Assembly: GCA_965206675.1 (NCBI GenBank)
Contig: CBDBKL010000007.1
Location: 226,338 to 290,337 of the forward strand
Source of the DNA: Bdellovibrionales bacterium
Lineage (GTDB): Bacteria; Bdellovibrionota; Bdellovibrionia; Bdellovibrionales; JAKFYE01
DNA: 64,000 nucleotides
Direction of reading: 5' to 3'
The notes below the pieces were generated by a model that made no database searches, was not told the DNA's origin, and was given only the letters and a program-made list of their open reading frames with translations. The position numbers were made by a program, and so were the translations under genes. Positions within the stretch are counted from its first letter, which is position 1. Every line of letters begins with the position of its first letter. Below, one piece after another: positions 47,098-57,827 of the stretch.

Positions 47098-47997
47098 TTT
47101 TTTAATAAGATCAGTGAGTGCTTTATCGAGTTGAGGGTATTTGAATTGATATCCTGTATCTACTGCTTTTTGAGGTAAAACTTTTTGTCCTTTTAAGAGA
47201 AGAGATTCTCCCATTTCTCCTAAAGAGAGTTTTAAAATCCAAGATGGAATACTGAGAAAACTTGGACGCTGTACGATTTTTCCCAATTTTTTTGTAAAAT
47301 CCTTATTTCTAACAGGGTGTGGAGCTGTGGCATTTATGGAGCCTTCAACACTTTCATTATAAATAATATGTTCAAAGAGGCCAATAAGATCATCAATATG
47401 AATCCATGACATCCATTGTTTTCCTTTTCCTATAGAGCTTCCAAGATAGAATTTAAAAGAAGGGAGTATTTGGGTTAATAGGCCTCCATTTGAATCAAGC
47501 ACCAACCCTGTACGTATACAGCAAATACGGGTATTTTCTGCTTTATAAGCTGTTTTTTCCCATATATCACATAACGTATGAGTAAAGCTATTATCATTGG
47601 GCTCTGAAGTTTCTATAAATTCTTTATCATCATCATTTCCATAGTATCCTATGGCCGAACTGCTAATAAAAAGTTGCGGTTTTTTCTTTTTATTATTGAT
47701 GTAACTAACAAGTTTTTCTGTTATTTTCACTCGGCTTTCAAAAATGCTATTTTTCTTTTGCTGAGTCCAGCGTCCATTGGCAATAGATTCACCAGCTAGA
47801 TTAATAATAACATCGTAATCTTCTATAGCATGATTCAGGGAATCTATTGATTGAGCTTTACGTATTAAGGGATTATTAGATTTTTTTATATTGCGGGTGA
47901 GAATTGTAACTTGATGATTTTTTTTAATGAATTTTTCGGTTAGTCGAGAGCCGATAAAACCAGTACCACCAGTTATTAGAAAATGCATTATGGACAT
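47092..47997 (-). CDS. TIGR01777/YfcH-type NAD-dependent epimerase-family protein
   Basis: ITGGTGFIGSRL Rossmann motif and a DUF1731-like C-terminus. Confidence 0.8.
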   Translation of the reverse strand: MSIMHFLITGGTGFIGSRLTEKFIKKNHQVTILTRNIKKSNNPLIRKAQSIDSLNHAIEDYDVIINLAGESIANGRWTQQKKNSIFESRVKITEKLVSYINNKKKKPQLFISSSAIGYYGNDDDKEFIETSEPNDNSFTHTLCDIWEKTAYKAENTRICCIRTGLVLDSNGGLLTQILPSFKFYLGSSIGKGKQWMSWIHIDDLIGLFEHIIYNESVEGSINATAPHPVRNKDFTKKLGKIVQRPSFLSIPSWILKLSLGEMGESLLLKGQKVLPQKAVDTGYQFKYPQLDKALTDLIKKS

Positions 47998-48133
47998 CCT
48001 TTTTCAAAATTGCTTTCTATTTGTAGATTCTATCAAATATTTAAATTGTCAATAAAAGAAGATTATTTTATATAAAAAAATATATCTATTTTTTTATATA
48101 AAATAACAATATTTTCTGATAAGAATAAAAAAT

Positions 48134-48961
48134 ATGACACTAAAGCTTTTAAGATTTTTACCCAAAAAGTTAATAAGCTATTTTGTGGGTCGAGTTGTAC
48201 ATTTTCGTTTTCCAAATCCTATAGGACCTCTGAGTGTTAAATGGTTTGCTAAAAAGTATAAAATAAACCTAGAAGAGGCAGAAAAAAATCTCGATGACTA
48301 TAAGACCATTGGAGCTCTATTTACACGAAAATTAAAGCCGGGGGTCAGAACTATAGAAGATAGGGCCATTCATCCCTCTGACTCTCTATTAACTGAAAAT
48401 GGTCCTATTAGAGGCAAAACCCTTATTCAAGCCAAGTCTCATTTTTATAATACATCTGAATTTCTGGGAAACTCAGAATGGGGAGATCTTTTTAATGAGG
48501 GTGTATTTTTAACTTATTATCTTTGCCCCAGTGATTATCATCGTGTTCATTGCCCTATAAATGGGGAAGTTATGGCGGCTCGGTATATTTCTGGAACCCT
48601 TTGGCCTGTTAACGAATATAGTGTTAAAATGACTTCTAATCTATTTAGTATAAATGAGCGTTTTATAACCTTAATCAGGTCAAATTTAGAGTATGTTGCC
48701 GTTGTAATGGTAGGAGCTTTGAATGTTGGCTATATGACATCCAGTTATGATTCTGATTTTGTGTTGAAAGCAAAGCGGAAAAAAACTATTAATAAAACCT
48801 ATGAGCCTAAAAAGCCTATTAAACGGGGAGATGAGTTAGGTATATTCCACATGGGTAGTACAGTTATTGTTCTTTACTCAAAAGAAACTGAAGTCGCAAA
48901 GAATTATGAGGGTTTTGAGCATCGAACCGTACGATGGGGTGAAAGTTTGTTTGTAAAATAG
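48134..48961 (+). CDS. psd: phosphatidylserine decarboxylase proenzyme
   Basis: PSDYHRVH motif and FHMGSTV self-cleavage site. Confidence 0.9.
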   Translation: MTLKLLRFLPKKLISYFVGRVVHFRFPNPIGPLSVKWFAKKYKINLEEAEKNLDDYKTIGALFTRKLKPGVRTIEDRAIHPSDSLLTENGPIRGKTLIQAKSHFYNTSEFLGNSEWGDLFNEGVFLTYYLCPSDYHRVHCPINGEVMAARYISGTLWPVNEYSVKMTSNLFSINERFITLIRSNLEYVAVVMVGALNVGYMTSSYDSDFVLKAKRKKTINKTYEPKKPIKRGDELGIFHMGSTVIVLYSKETEVAKNYEGFEHRTVRWGESLFVK

Positions 48962-48988
48962 GATGATTTTCACATAGAATAAAATATT

Positions 48989-50053
48989 ATGAAAAAAACA
49001 ATAGCTTTAATTATGGGTGGAGAATCAGCGGAACATAATATTTCTTTAATTTCCGCTAAGAATATCTATCTAGGGGCAAATCAAGATCGTTTTAAAATTA
49101 TACCTATTGGCATCTCAAAAACTGGCGAATGGTATCTTATTACAAATATCTCCCTTTTTAAATCATTAGACACTTATGATGGTTTTGATATTTCCAAACA
49201 TGGAGATCCTATCTCTCTTATAAGGAAAGGTAGCCAGATTTTTGTAATGAGGTTAGAAACACAGGGGGTTGTTACAGCACTAGATGGAGCTTTTCCAATT
49301 GTTCATGGGCATAAGGGAGAAGATGGAAATTTACAGGGTTTTTTAGAAACCCTTGGATTACCCTATGTTGGAGCGGATACTTTAAGTTCTGCTATAGCTA
49401 TGGATAAGGACGTTATGAAAAGATTATTGTCTACCACTGATGGAATAAGAGTTCCATCTTTTCATGTCATTCAAAAGGGAGAGGAAACTTCTTATAAGGA
49501 AATATCTCAGAAATTAGGTGAAACTCTTTTTATAAAACCTTGTAATTCAGGATCTTCTATTGGTATAAATTGTGTTTCAAATGAAGAGGAATTTTCCAAA
49601 GCTTGCACTGAGGCTTTTAGATATGACTCCAAAGTTATATTAGAATCTTTTGTAAAGGGTAGGGAGATGGAGATCTCCATTTTAGGAACAGCAAAGCCAA
49701 GGATATCTCTGCCTGGTGAGATTGTTGTTTCAGGAACTTATTATGATTATGAGTCAAAATATCTAAAAAACACAGATTTAAGTATTCCCGCTAAGGTAAC
49801 GGAAGAGGAAAAAACTGAACTTCAAAATGCAGCTCTTAAAGCCTACAAAAGTCTTTGTATCAAAGGAATGGCTCGTGTGGATCTTTTTTTAAAATCAAAT
49901 GGTGAAGTTCTTGTTAATGAAATCAATACTCTTCCAGGATTTACACCCATCAGCATGTATCCAAAATTATGGGTTATATCAGGACTCAGTTATAAGGATC
50001 TTATAACTGAGCTTATTGATGAGTCTTTAAATCGAAATAGTAATTTTAAATAA
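48989..50053 (+). CDS. ddl: D-alanine--D-alanine ligase
   Basis: ATP-grasp fold. EHNISLIS, HGHKGEDGNLQG and NEINTLPGFT motifs. Confidence 0.93.
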   Translation: MKKTIALIMGGESAEHNISLISAKNIYLGANQDRFKIIPIGISKTGEWYLITNISLFKSLDTYDGFDISKHGDPISLIRKGSQIFVMRLETQGVVTALDGAFPIVHGHKGEDGNLQGFLETLGLPYVGADTLSSAIAMDKDVMKRLLSTTDGIRVPSFHVIQKGEETSYKEISQKLGETLFIKPCNSGSSIGINCVSNEEEFSKACTEAFRYDSKVILESFVKGREMEISILGTAKPRISLPGEIVVSGTYYDYESKYLKNTDLSIPAKVTEEEKTELQNAALKAYKSLCIKGMARVDLFLKSNGEVLVNEINTLPGFTPISMYPKLWVISGLSYKDLITELIDESLNRNSNFK

Positions 50054-50161
50054 TCCATTGCCCTCTATAAATTAAGTCAAACTAAAGAATTTTTGATAGA
50101 CTTTTCGGTTTCTTTATATTACTTCTAGTGTCTCATTGTTGTTTAGCTATTTTTAAAGGGG

Positions 50162-51244
50162 ATGGAATCTATGAAAATAGAAGAATCTATTTTTTATCGT
50201 GAAACTAAATATGTTAAAACAACAAACCTAAAATCTTTGTGTCTTTCAATACTATTATCAATATTTTTAACATCTTGTGGTGGCCAAAATGGAAGTATGG
50301 CCTATGACAAATTGAGAGTATTAGATAGAGAATGTGAATATCCACTCGATGCAGGAGAAGATATTACAGATTTTACATTTTCTGAAGAAGCCATAGAGGA
50401 AGGTCCTTTTGGAAGACCGTACAATACAGATTTTTTAGAAAAGATATCTAAAGCTTCTACACGAGCCACTTTAAATTTTGCTCATGCTTTAGGCATTAAA
50501 ACTGTAAAAGTAGGGGAATCAGATTCAAAATGTCAGTTGTTTTATTTTTTAGAAAAAGCCAGGGGAGAAAGTTTAAAGACTTGGACGACTATTGTAGATG
50601 GTGGGAGGAATCCAGCAGGTTTATATTTTTCCATAAATAGCTCTAGATCACTTCTACCTGTTGAACCTACAATTATTCTAAGGGTTGATTCTAACCGTCA
50701 GACATTAGTCCACGAATTAATGCATTATAATTTTCACAGGACCAAGACTTCAATGGCAAAAATTAATCAATGGGAACTAGAACATAATTATTCTTTAAGA
50801 AGGGAAGATCTTAACGTCAATCTTCAAGCCTATTTACAAAATAAAAATTCGGAAAACTTTGAAATTCTTGTAGAATCTATGACATCTGTCGTGTCTATTT
50901 TAGAAGAGTACTTATTGGAGGGAAGAGACAGTATGCTTGAAGAAGTTAGCATTGAATATATTCTTATAAAATCTTATCTAGAAGGCGAGTTGGAGTATGT
51001 TCCTGATAGTGTATGGGGTACCTATTCCTATATGTCTGGGAATGCCAATCTTTTATTAAGGACTTTTGTTGATCCAATAAAAAATATTATATCAACGCTC
51101 ATTAAAGATGCTGAGGTTTATTGGGAGCATAGGGAGCATATTCAAAGCTTATCTGAAGAAATTAACCGTTTTACATCTAGACTTCAAAATGTTTTAAATC
51201 AGGCAGAAAAGAGTATGAATTTGAAAAAGTGGGTTGGGGAATAA
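50162..51244 (+). CDS. lipoprotein with HExxH motif (putative metallopeptidase)
   Basis: Lipobox LTSC and a VHELMHYNF motif. No family recognised. Confidence 0.5.
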   Translation: MESMKIEESIFYRETKYVKTTNLKSLCLSILLSIFLTSCGGQNGSMAYDKLRVLDRECEYPLDAGEDITDFTFSEEAIEEGPFGRPYNTDFLEKISKASTRATLNFAHALGIKTVKVGESDSKCQLFYFLEKARGESLKTWTTIVDGGRNPAGLYFSINSSRSLLPVEPTIILRVDSNRQTLVHELMHYNFHRTKTSMAKINQWELEHNYSLRREDLNVNLQAYLQNKNSENFEILVESMTSVVSILEEYLLEGRDSMLEEVSIEYILIKSYLEGELEYVPDSVWGTYSYMSGNANLLLRTFVDPIKNIISTLIKDAEVYWEHREHIQSLSEEINRFTSRLQNVLNQAEKSMNLKKWVGE

Positions 51245-51245
51245 A

Positions 51246-51953
51246 TTATATTAAACCCTGATCTACTAAATCAGAGATATGGTATTCTTTGTTTTTTAAT
51301 TCCTGTTTAATTCTATTAATCTCTAAAACTCCATGAAGATAAGTTTCTCGTCCTAACACACAAGTACTCAATTTCAGGGAAGCCCCCTTTTCTTTGATAT
51401 CAATTTGGTGGTAGGCGTGACCTTCTAGAAATTCATCTGGTATTTTATATTCGTGCTTTTGCAAATGAGGATCTCTAATACTTTTAATATTTTTTTTATC
51501 AATAGAGAGAAAATTTGCTAAATTTATGGCTGTTTGAGGGACGGTATTTTTGCTCTTCTGGTGGCTTTCTATAATTGTGGAATTTTTAAAAAGATATCCT
51601 GATTTGCGAAGCATTGTCATAAATTTAATTATGGGAAGAGACAGATTTGGAGCTTCTATATAGGGAAAGTTCAGAGCACTTGGCAGTCGAGGTTCTTGAC
51701 CGCTTGACCCTTGAATAAGAAGAGTTTGATGTTCTTGGCAAAATGTAATGGCTTCCTGTAATTGTCTACCAGATCCGATATGAAGAAGTATCTTTGAAGT
51801 TTTGTGAGATAAAATGTCTTCTTGTTTATTTATGTTATTAAAAGAGATTGGAATTAGTCGTGTGTTGTATTCTTTGTCAGAAGTAGACTCAATTTTATCA
51901 AAAAAGCATTTTGCAAGCTGACCCTTTCCTACAATAATAACATATTCAGGCAT
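51246..51953 (-). CDS. divergent dihydrodipicolinate reductase (DapB)-family protein
   Basis: N-terminal Rossmann-like VIIVGKGQL. IIESHQKSKNTVPQTAINLA aligns by eye to DapB E-HH--K-DAPSGTA, but several signature residues are changed. Confidence 0.45.
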   Translation of the reverse strand: MPEYVIIVGKGQLAKCFFDKIESTSDKEYNTRLIPISFNNINKQEDILSHKTSKILLHIGSGRQLQEAITFCQEHQTLLIQGSSGQEPRLPSALNFPYIEAPNLSLPIIKFMTMLRKSGYLFKNSTIIESHQKSKNTVPQTAINLANFLSIDKKNIKSIRDPHLQKHEYKIPDEFLEGHAYHQIDIKEKGASLKLSTCVLGRETYLHGVLEINRIKQELKNKEYHISDLVDQGLI

Positions 51954-52005
51954 AACAACCTCATATTCTCTATTGGCGAGGTATGATCTTTGTCATAGAG
52001 AAGTG

Positions 52006-52081
52006 TGGCATCCCCTACGGGAGTCGAACCCGTGTCTTCACCGTGAAAGGGTGATGTCCTAGGCCACTAGACGAAGGGGAC
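52006..52081 (-). tRNA. tRNA-Glu (anticodon UUC), CCA encoded
   Basis: The reverse complement GTCCCCTTCGTCTAGTGGCCTAGGACATCACCCTTTCACGGTGAAGACACGGGTTCGACTCCCGTAGGGGATGCCA folds as a cloverleaf. Anticodon loop CTTTCAC. Confidence 0.95.
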
Positions 52082-52098
52082 AGTTCCTTATAATAAAG

Positions 52099-52176
52099 TG
52101 GTGAGCCGCCTTGGACTCGAACCAAGGACCCTCTCCTTAAAAGGGAGATGCTCTAACCAAACTGAGCTAGCGGCCC
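52099..52176 (-). tRNA. tRNA-Lys (anticodon UUU), CCA encoded
   Basis: The reverse complement GGGCCGCTAGCTCAGTTTGGTTAGAGCATCTCCCTTTTAAGGAGAGGGTCCTTGGTTCGAGTCCAAGGCGGCTCACCA folds as a cloverleaf. Anticodon loop CTTTTAA, 10-nt D-loop. Confidence 0.95.
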
Positions 52177-52200
52177 TCTCTTTCCATTTAGTAAAAACCC

Positions 52201-52229
52201 CTTGTATTGAGAAACTCCCTCAGTGTCAA
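52201..52229 (-). promoter_or_regulatory. candidate promoter of the tRNA-Lys/tRNA-Glu unit
   Basis: On the minus strand: TTGACA (52229-52224), 17-nt spacer, TACAAG (52206-52201), about 25 nt upstream of tRNA-Lys. The -35 abuts the left end of repeat 3c. Confidence 0.3.
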
Positions 52230-52232
52230 TAA

Positions 52233-52361
52233 GAGCCTATCCAAACTTGGTGATGAAAAAGAGCGAGAGCAAGGATGAAAGTAAAAAAGCCGTGCTGGGG
52301 ACATATTTTGGGGATATTTTTTAACTGGTGTAATCATCATCGTTGGTTTTGGGATAGGTTC
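52233..52361 (+). repeat. Family-3 repeat, copy 3c (complete)
   Basis: GAGCCTATCCAAACTTGGTGATGAAAAAGAGCGAGAGCAAGGATGAAAG...GGTGTAATCATCATCGTTGGTTTTGGGATAGGTTC. Lies between the purA stop and tRNA-Lys. Confidence 0.8.
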
Positions 52362-52374
52362 AATGCAGCGTAGA

Positions 52375-53709
<1,335 letters not shown>

Positions 53710-53757
53710 TTAATGAGTGTGTCAATACCTAAGATTTTATAATTTTAGAACATTACA

Positions 53758-53949
53758 AAGGGAGTTTTTTTCAGAGGGGTTCAAAAGCTCAGACAGTTCT
53801 GAGGGTTCGCAGCTCGTCTCTCCGCCAAAGGTTAAAACAGTAACTAGATAAAATTTGATTCAGTTAAACTTAAGAAAAACGGTTTCTAGCGGAGATACGC
53901 CCTGCGCCTCAGAAAACTCGTTTTGAACCCCTCTGAAAAAAACTCCCTT
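53758..53949 (+). repeat. Family-2 rod-hairpin repeat, copy 2B (with 63-nt apical insertion at 53826-53888)
   Basis: Perfect 29-bp outer arms AAGGGAGTTTTTTTCAGAGGGGTTCAAAA and its reverse complement. Core identical to 2C up to the apex. Confidence 0.88.
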
Positions 53950-53979
53950 CTTAACGCAAAAAAGAAAAATGGAACTTCC

Positions 53980-54115
53980 TTAATTCGTATTAGGAGGACT
54001 GTCGAAAAGGTGTCAGATACGAGGCGTACAAACCGAACGAAGGCGTAGTTTTCCTACGTCGGAGTGAAGGTTTGAGTGATTGCAACGAAGTAGATGACAC
54101 CTTTTCAACAATCCT
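53980..54115 (+). repeat. Family-1 repeat, copy 1g (complete, short-core subfamily)
   Basis: Near-identical to 1d. Its right arm (to 54115) contains the last three sense codons and the TGA stop of the 54105-55052 gene. Confidence 0.88.
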
Positions 54116-55052
54116 GGTACCATTTTTCTGTGGGTGGTAAGTGCCATTTTAGTTTTTTGTGTTTTAAGTAGTGGGTGATAGATTCTATGGCATCGGAAGT
54201 GGATCGTTGAAATGCTGTTTTTGTCTTAGCGGCACAGTGAGGGGTTAAGACAACATTTTTTAATTTAAGAAGTTTAGAATTGGAATCTAACGGCTCGTTT
54301 TCAAAGACATCAAGTCCTAATCCCATTAACTCTCCTTCCTTTAAAGCCATAAGAACGTCTGCCTCATTTAATAATTCTCCGCGAGATGTATTGATAAGGT
54401 AGGTCGTGTCTGGGATCCAATTTAGAGTTTTTTTATTAATGAGTTTTCTTGTTTTTTGAGTTAGAGGGAGATGAAGGGAAAGTATATCACTTTGTTTACA
54501 AACCTCTTCTAAACCGAAGCGTTGGACATTGGATTTTAAAAAATCAACTTCTTCTACGTAGGGATCATAGGCTATAACTTTCATTCCAAAACCTTGAGCC
54601 ATAGATGAAACCTTTTTTCCAATACGGCCAAACCCAATAATACCGAGTGTTTTTTCAGATACCGTTTCACCTAAAGGATGGCGAGCCGCCTTCCAATCTG
54701 TATTTTTTAAATTACGTTCAGGGATTTTTTTTATACAATTGAGAATAAGAGTCCATGTGTGTTCGGCAACACTGATAACATTAGATTCTGGCGTGTGACC
54801 TAAGAGAATGCCTCTGCTTTGTGCAAGATTTAAATTTATATGGTCAAAGCCACTTGTTGCAGTGATAATCAGTTTAAGATGAGGAAATAAATTTAAAAAA
54901 TTTTCTTCTACAAAAGTTTCGGTTCTTAAAACAAGACCATCTATATCTTTATAAGGTTTTGAAAGATCACGAATTTTTATAGATTTAATACAATTATGTT
55001 GAGGAATGGTTTCTGGAAATTTTCCTATCCATCCGATGGTTAATGAGTCCAT
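54105..55052 (-). CDS. D-isomer-specific 2-hydroxyacid dehydrogenase (phosphoglycerate dehydrogenase-like)
   Basis: GIIGFGRIGKKV NAD-binding site and the catalytic R/E/H pattern (TSRG, DVFENEP, TPHCA). Confidence 0.85.
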   Translation of the reverse strand: MDSLTIGWIGKFPETIPQHNCIKSIKIRDLSKPYKDIDGLVLRTETFVEENFLNLFPHLKLIITATSGFDHINLNLAQSRGILLGHTPESNVISVAEHTWTLILNCIKKIPERNLKNTDWKAARHPLGETVSEKTLGIIGFGRIGKKVSSMAQGFGMKVIAYDPYVEEVDFLKSNVQRFGLEEVCKQSDILSLHLPLTQKTRKLINKKTLNWIPDTTYLINTSRGELLNEADVLMALKEGELMGLGLDVFENEPLDSNSKLLKLKNVVLTPHCAAKTKTAFQRSTSDAIESITHYLKHKKLKWHLPPTEKWYQDC

Positions 55053-55054
55053 TT

Positions 55055-56194
55055 CTATTCTTTAAAACTCCAAGTTTCTTTAAATAAATGTTTTAGCTTA
55101 TCGACGTCAACATGATGACCGAGTTCATTTAAAACTATAGAAAGTCTTTCAAAAACATCCCAAAGGTTATTTTTTTTAATATCTCCGATATGACCTATTC
55201 TAAGAATTTTTCCTTTAAGATGGTCCTGTCCTCCTCCTATTGATAAATTATGTTCATTTTCGAGTTTTGTTTTTATTAAATTTCCATCTAAGTGTTCGGG
55301 AACCTTTAAGGCGGTTACAGATGGCGATGGGCTCTGTGGAAAGGATTCAAATCCTAGATAGTGTCCTAATTTTAAAGTTACATTTGATAGATTTTGACAA
55401 TAGGAAAAATGATATTCTAAACCTTTTTTTTCAAAATCATTAAGAACTTGAGCCAACGCTCTTATATGCAAAACAGCAGAACTAAAATGTGTTTGATAAA
55501 TTTTGTTAGCCTCTCTTTCTGCCTCTAGGTTAAAGTAAAAATTAGGTATTTTACCTTTAGATTGAATGGCTTTTTTAGAAAGAGAAATAAAGCTAACCCC
55601 AGTGGGGATACGAAAGGCTTTCTGTGATCCGCTGACGAGAATATCTATTTCCCACTTATCCATGGGAAGGGGAAGGGCACCAACGCCCATAATGCCATCG
55701 ACGATAAATAGAGCGTTTGAATTTTCTTTTGTAACTTTTGCTAAATCTTGAATGGGATTTAATACCCCTGTGCTTGTTTCACAGGCCTGACACATAACAG
55801 CTTTTATATTTTTTTCTTTTGCCAATATATTTTTTAAATCACTGGAAGAAGCAGCGTGGCCCCACTCAATCTTTTGTTCAAGGACATTTAATTCATAGGC
55901 CTTAGAAATTTTACTCCATCTTTCTCCAAACTTTCCGCCGGATAAAACAACCACAGTATCTTGAGGGCTTAAAGTGTTTGTTATGGCAGCCTCCATAGCT
56001 CCAGAGCCTGTTGCGGTGAGGATTTGTACAGGTTGTTCTGTTTGAAAAACAAATTTTAGCTTCTCAAGGACCTCTTTAAATTCTGATTTAAATTGAGATG
56101 TTCGATGGTGAATCATCGATTGAGAAAATGATTCATAGACGTTTTGTGGCATTTTTACGGGGCCGGGGGTCATTAAAAGGTATTCTTTTTCCAT
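55055..56194 (-). CDS. class V aminotransferase (serine-pyruvate/phosphoserine aminotransferase-like)
   Basis: LLMTPGPV N-terminus and SGSQKAF PLP lysine. ATG 56194 with a GAGAGG SD is preferred over the TTG track start 56206. Confidence 0.85.
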   Translation of the reverse strand: MEKEYLLMTPGPVKMPQNVYESFSQSMIHHRTSQFKSEFKEVLEKLKFVFQTEQPVQILTATGSGAMEAAITNTLSPQDTVVVLSGGKFGERWSKISKAYELNVLEQKIEWGHAASSSDLKNILAKEKNIKAVMCQACETSTGVLNPIQDLAKVTKENSNALFIVDGIMGVGALPLPMDKWEIDILVSGSQKAFRIPTGVSFISLSKKAIQSKGKIPNFYFNLEAEREANKIYQTHFSSAVLHIRALAQVLNDFEKKGLEYHFSYCQNLSNVTLKLGHYLGFESFPQSPSPSVTALKVPEHLDGNLIKTKLENEHNLSIGGGQDHLKGKILRIGHIGDIKKNNLWDVFERLSIVLNELGHHVDVDKLKHLFKETWSFKE

Positions 56195-56271
56195 ATAGCC
56201 TCTCAATGTATAATAGATGTGTATATCGGTCTAGCTTCATTTCTAAAACATTTTATGCTAATTTCTATTCC

Positions 56272-56838
56272 ATGAGATTCAAGGGAGTTTTTCTTCTTTT
56301 TTTCATATTTTTTGTAGGTTGTAGTTACCGTTTTGGAACTCATCAGAGACAACTTCCAGGAGGGCATAAAACTGTAAAAATTCCTCTTTTTAAAAACCAA
56401 ACACATTTTTCTGGAATAGAGCCTTACTTTACAAAGGCACTTATTAATGAGGTTTCAAGATCACAGCTAGCTCAAATAGAAAATGAGGGCTCCGCAGTTA
56501 CCTTTGAAGGAGAAATTAAGGATATTCGCTTTGTTCAAGGGGCAAAGTTTGATCCCAATAATCCCTCTGAATCTCATTTGTTAGAAAATACGGAATTGAT
56601 TAAAGAGTATCGAATTTATGTTAAGGTAGAAATCAAAGTCCGAAGAAATTCAGATGGCCAAATTTTATGGGCTAGAAATTTAGATGGTGAAAGACTTTAT
56701 GATGCACCACTTATTACTAGACTTATTATTAACTCAGCCTCAGCCACATATAATCATTCTGCGCGACATATTCATATTAATTTGCTGGCAAAAGATATGA
56801 TGAATAAAGCATATTCTCTTTTGACGGAGAATTTTTAA
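56272..56838 (+). CDS. lptE: LPS-assembly lipoprotein LptE-like
   Basis: ATG 56272 gives MRFKGVFLLFFIFFVGCSY (lipobox). ~188 aa. Sits directly upstream of holA, as in many proteobacteria. Confidence 0.65.
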   Translation: MRFKGVFLLFFIFFVGCSYRFGTHQRQLPGGHKTVKIPLFKNQTHFSGIEPYFTKALINEVSRSQLAQIENEGSAVTFEGEIKDIRFVQGAKFDPNNPSESHLLENTELIKEYRIYVKVEIKVRRNSDGQILWARNLDGERLYDAPLITRLIINSASATYNHSARHIHINLLAKDMMNKAYSLLTENF

Positions 56839-57827
56839 TGAAGACATGGCGATATTTAGAACAAAGCATTCAAAATGGTGAAATTAAGAATCTTTATTGT
56901 CTCTATGGAGAAGAAACTTTTCTTATTGATGAAGCCAAAAAGGCTTTGACTCAGTTAATTCTAGGAGAAAATCTATCAGAGTTTAATAGGGATGTGTTCT
57001 TTGGCCCAGAAACATCTTCTCAAGAAATTCAAAGTGCACTTGAAACTTTGCCTTTTATGGCTTCAAAGCGAGTTGTTATTGTTAATAATATTGATTTTAT
57101 GAAAACAAAAGAATTGGAAGCTCTTAAACCCCTTATAGAGAAATCAATAGACACATCTGTACTTATTCTCTTGGCTCAAAATATCGATTTGAGAAAATCA
57201 TTTTTTAAACTTTTTCAATCCAAAGGTATTGTTATTAAATTTGACAGGGTTTCTGAAAGAGATCTTCCTGTTTGGATTGAAACTTTAGTTAAAAAAGAAG
57301 GGGTTTCTATTGAAAGAGAGGCTTCTGAGCTTTTACAGCATATTGTAGGTCCTCATTTATTAGAAATGCGCAATGAAATAAAAAAAGTGGCTCAATTCAT
57401 AGGTAGCAGAAAACATATTCAACGGTCAGATATTGAGTATGTTGTTTCTAATACACGTGTTGAATCTATTTTTCAACTTATGAATGCTGTTGGGTTGAGG
57501 GATCGAACAAATGCTCTTATTCATCTCAATAAATTGTTAAAGCATGGAGAAAGTGTTTTTGGAATATTAGCTTTGATGGCAAGACATTTTAGAATATTGT
57601 TAGCCATTCATGAAGGTCTGCGTTTTGGATTTTCTAAATCTCAACTGTGTTCTCAAACAAAATTGCCCATGTTCTTTTTGCCAAAATATATTGATCAGAG
57701 TCGAAAGTGGAACTCTAATCAACTGGAAACATTTCATAAATTGATATTAGAGACGGATCAAATTTTAAAAAAATCTCCGCTTCGTCAACATTTATGGCTG
57801 GAAAATTTGATTGTTAAAACATGTTAA
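56838..57827 (+). CDS. holA: DNA polymerase III subunit delta
   Basis: ~330 aa delta-subunit similarity. lptE-holA order. ATGA-type overlap. Confidence 0.85.
   Translation: MKTWRYLEQSIQNGEIKNLYCLYGEETFLIDEAKKALTQLILGENLSEFNRDVFFGPETSSQEIQSALETLPFMASKRVVIVNNIDFMKTKELEALKPLIEKSIDTSVLILLAQNIDLRKSFFKLFQSKGIVIKFDRVSERDLPVWIETLVKKEGVSIEREASELLQHIVGPHLLEMRNEIKKVAQFIGSRKHIQRSDIEYVVSNTRVESIFQLMNAVGLRDRTNALIHLNKLLKHGESVFGILALMARHFRILLAIHEGLRFGFSKSQLCSQTKLPMFFLPKYIDQSRKWNSNQLETFHKLILETDQILKKSPLRQHLWLENLIVKTC

Noticed and set aside
51954-52374. tRNA-Lys / tRNA-Glu locus as an integration site of a genomic island or prophage
   Set aside because: There is no integrase, no duplicated tRNA 3' fragment and no foreign-looking genes on either side. 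The only insert is a 129-bp family-3 repeat.
56098-56271. N-terminal extension of the lptE ORF (track start 56098)
   Set aside because: The extension overlaps the 5' end of the convergently oriented aminotransferase gene by more than 90 nt. An internal ATG at 56272 gives a textbook lipoprotein signal peptide.
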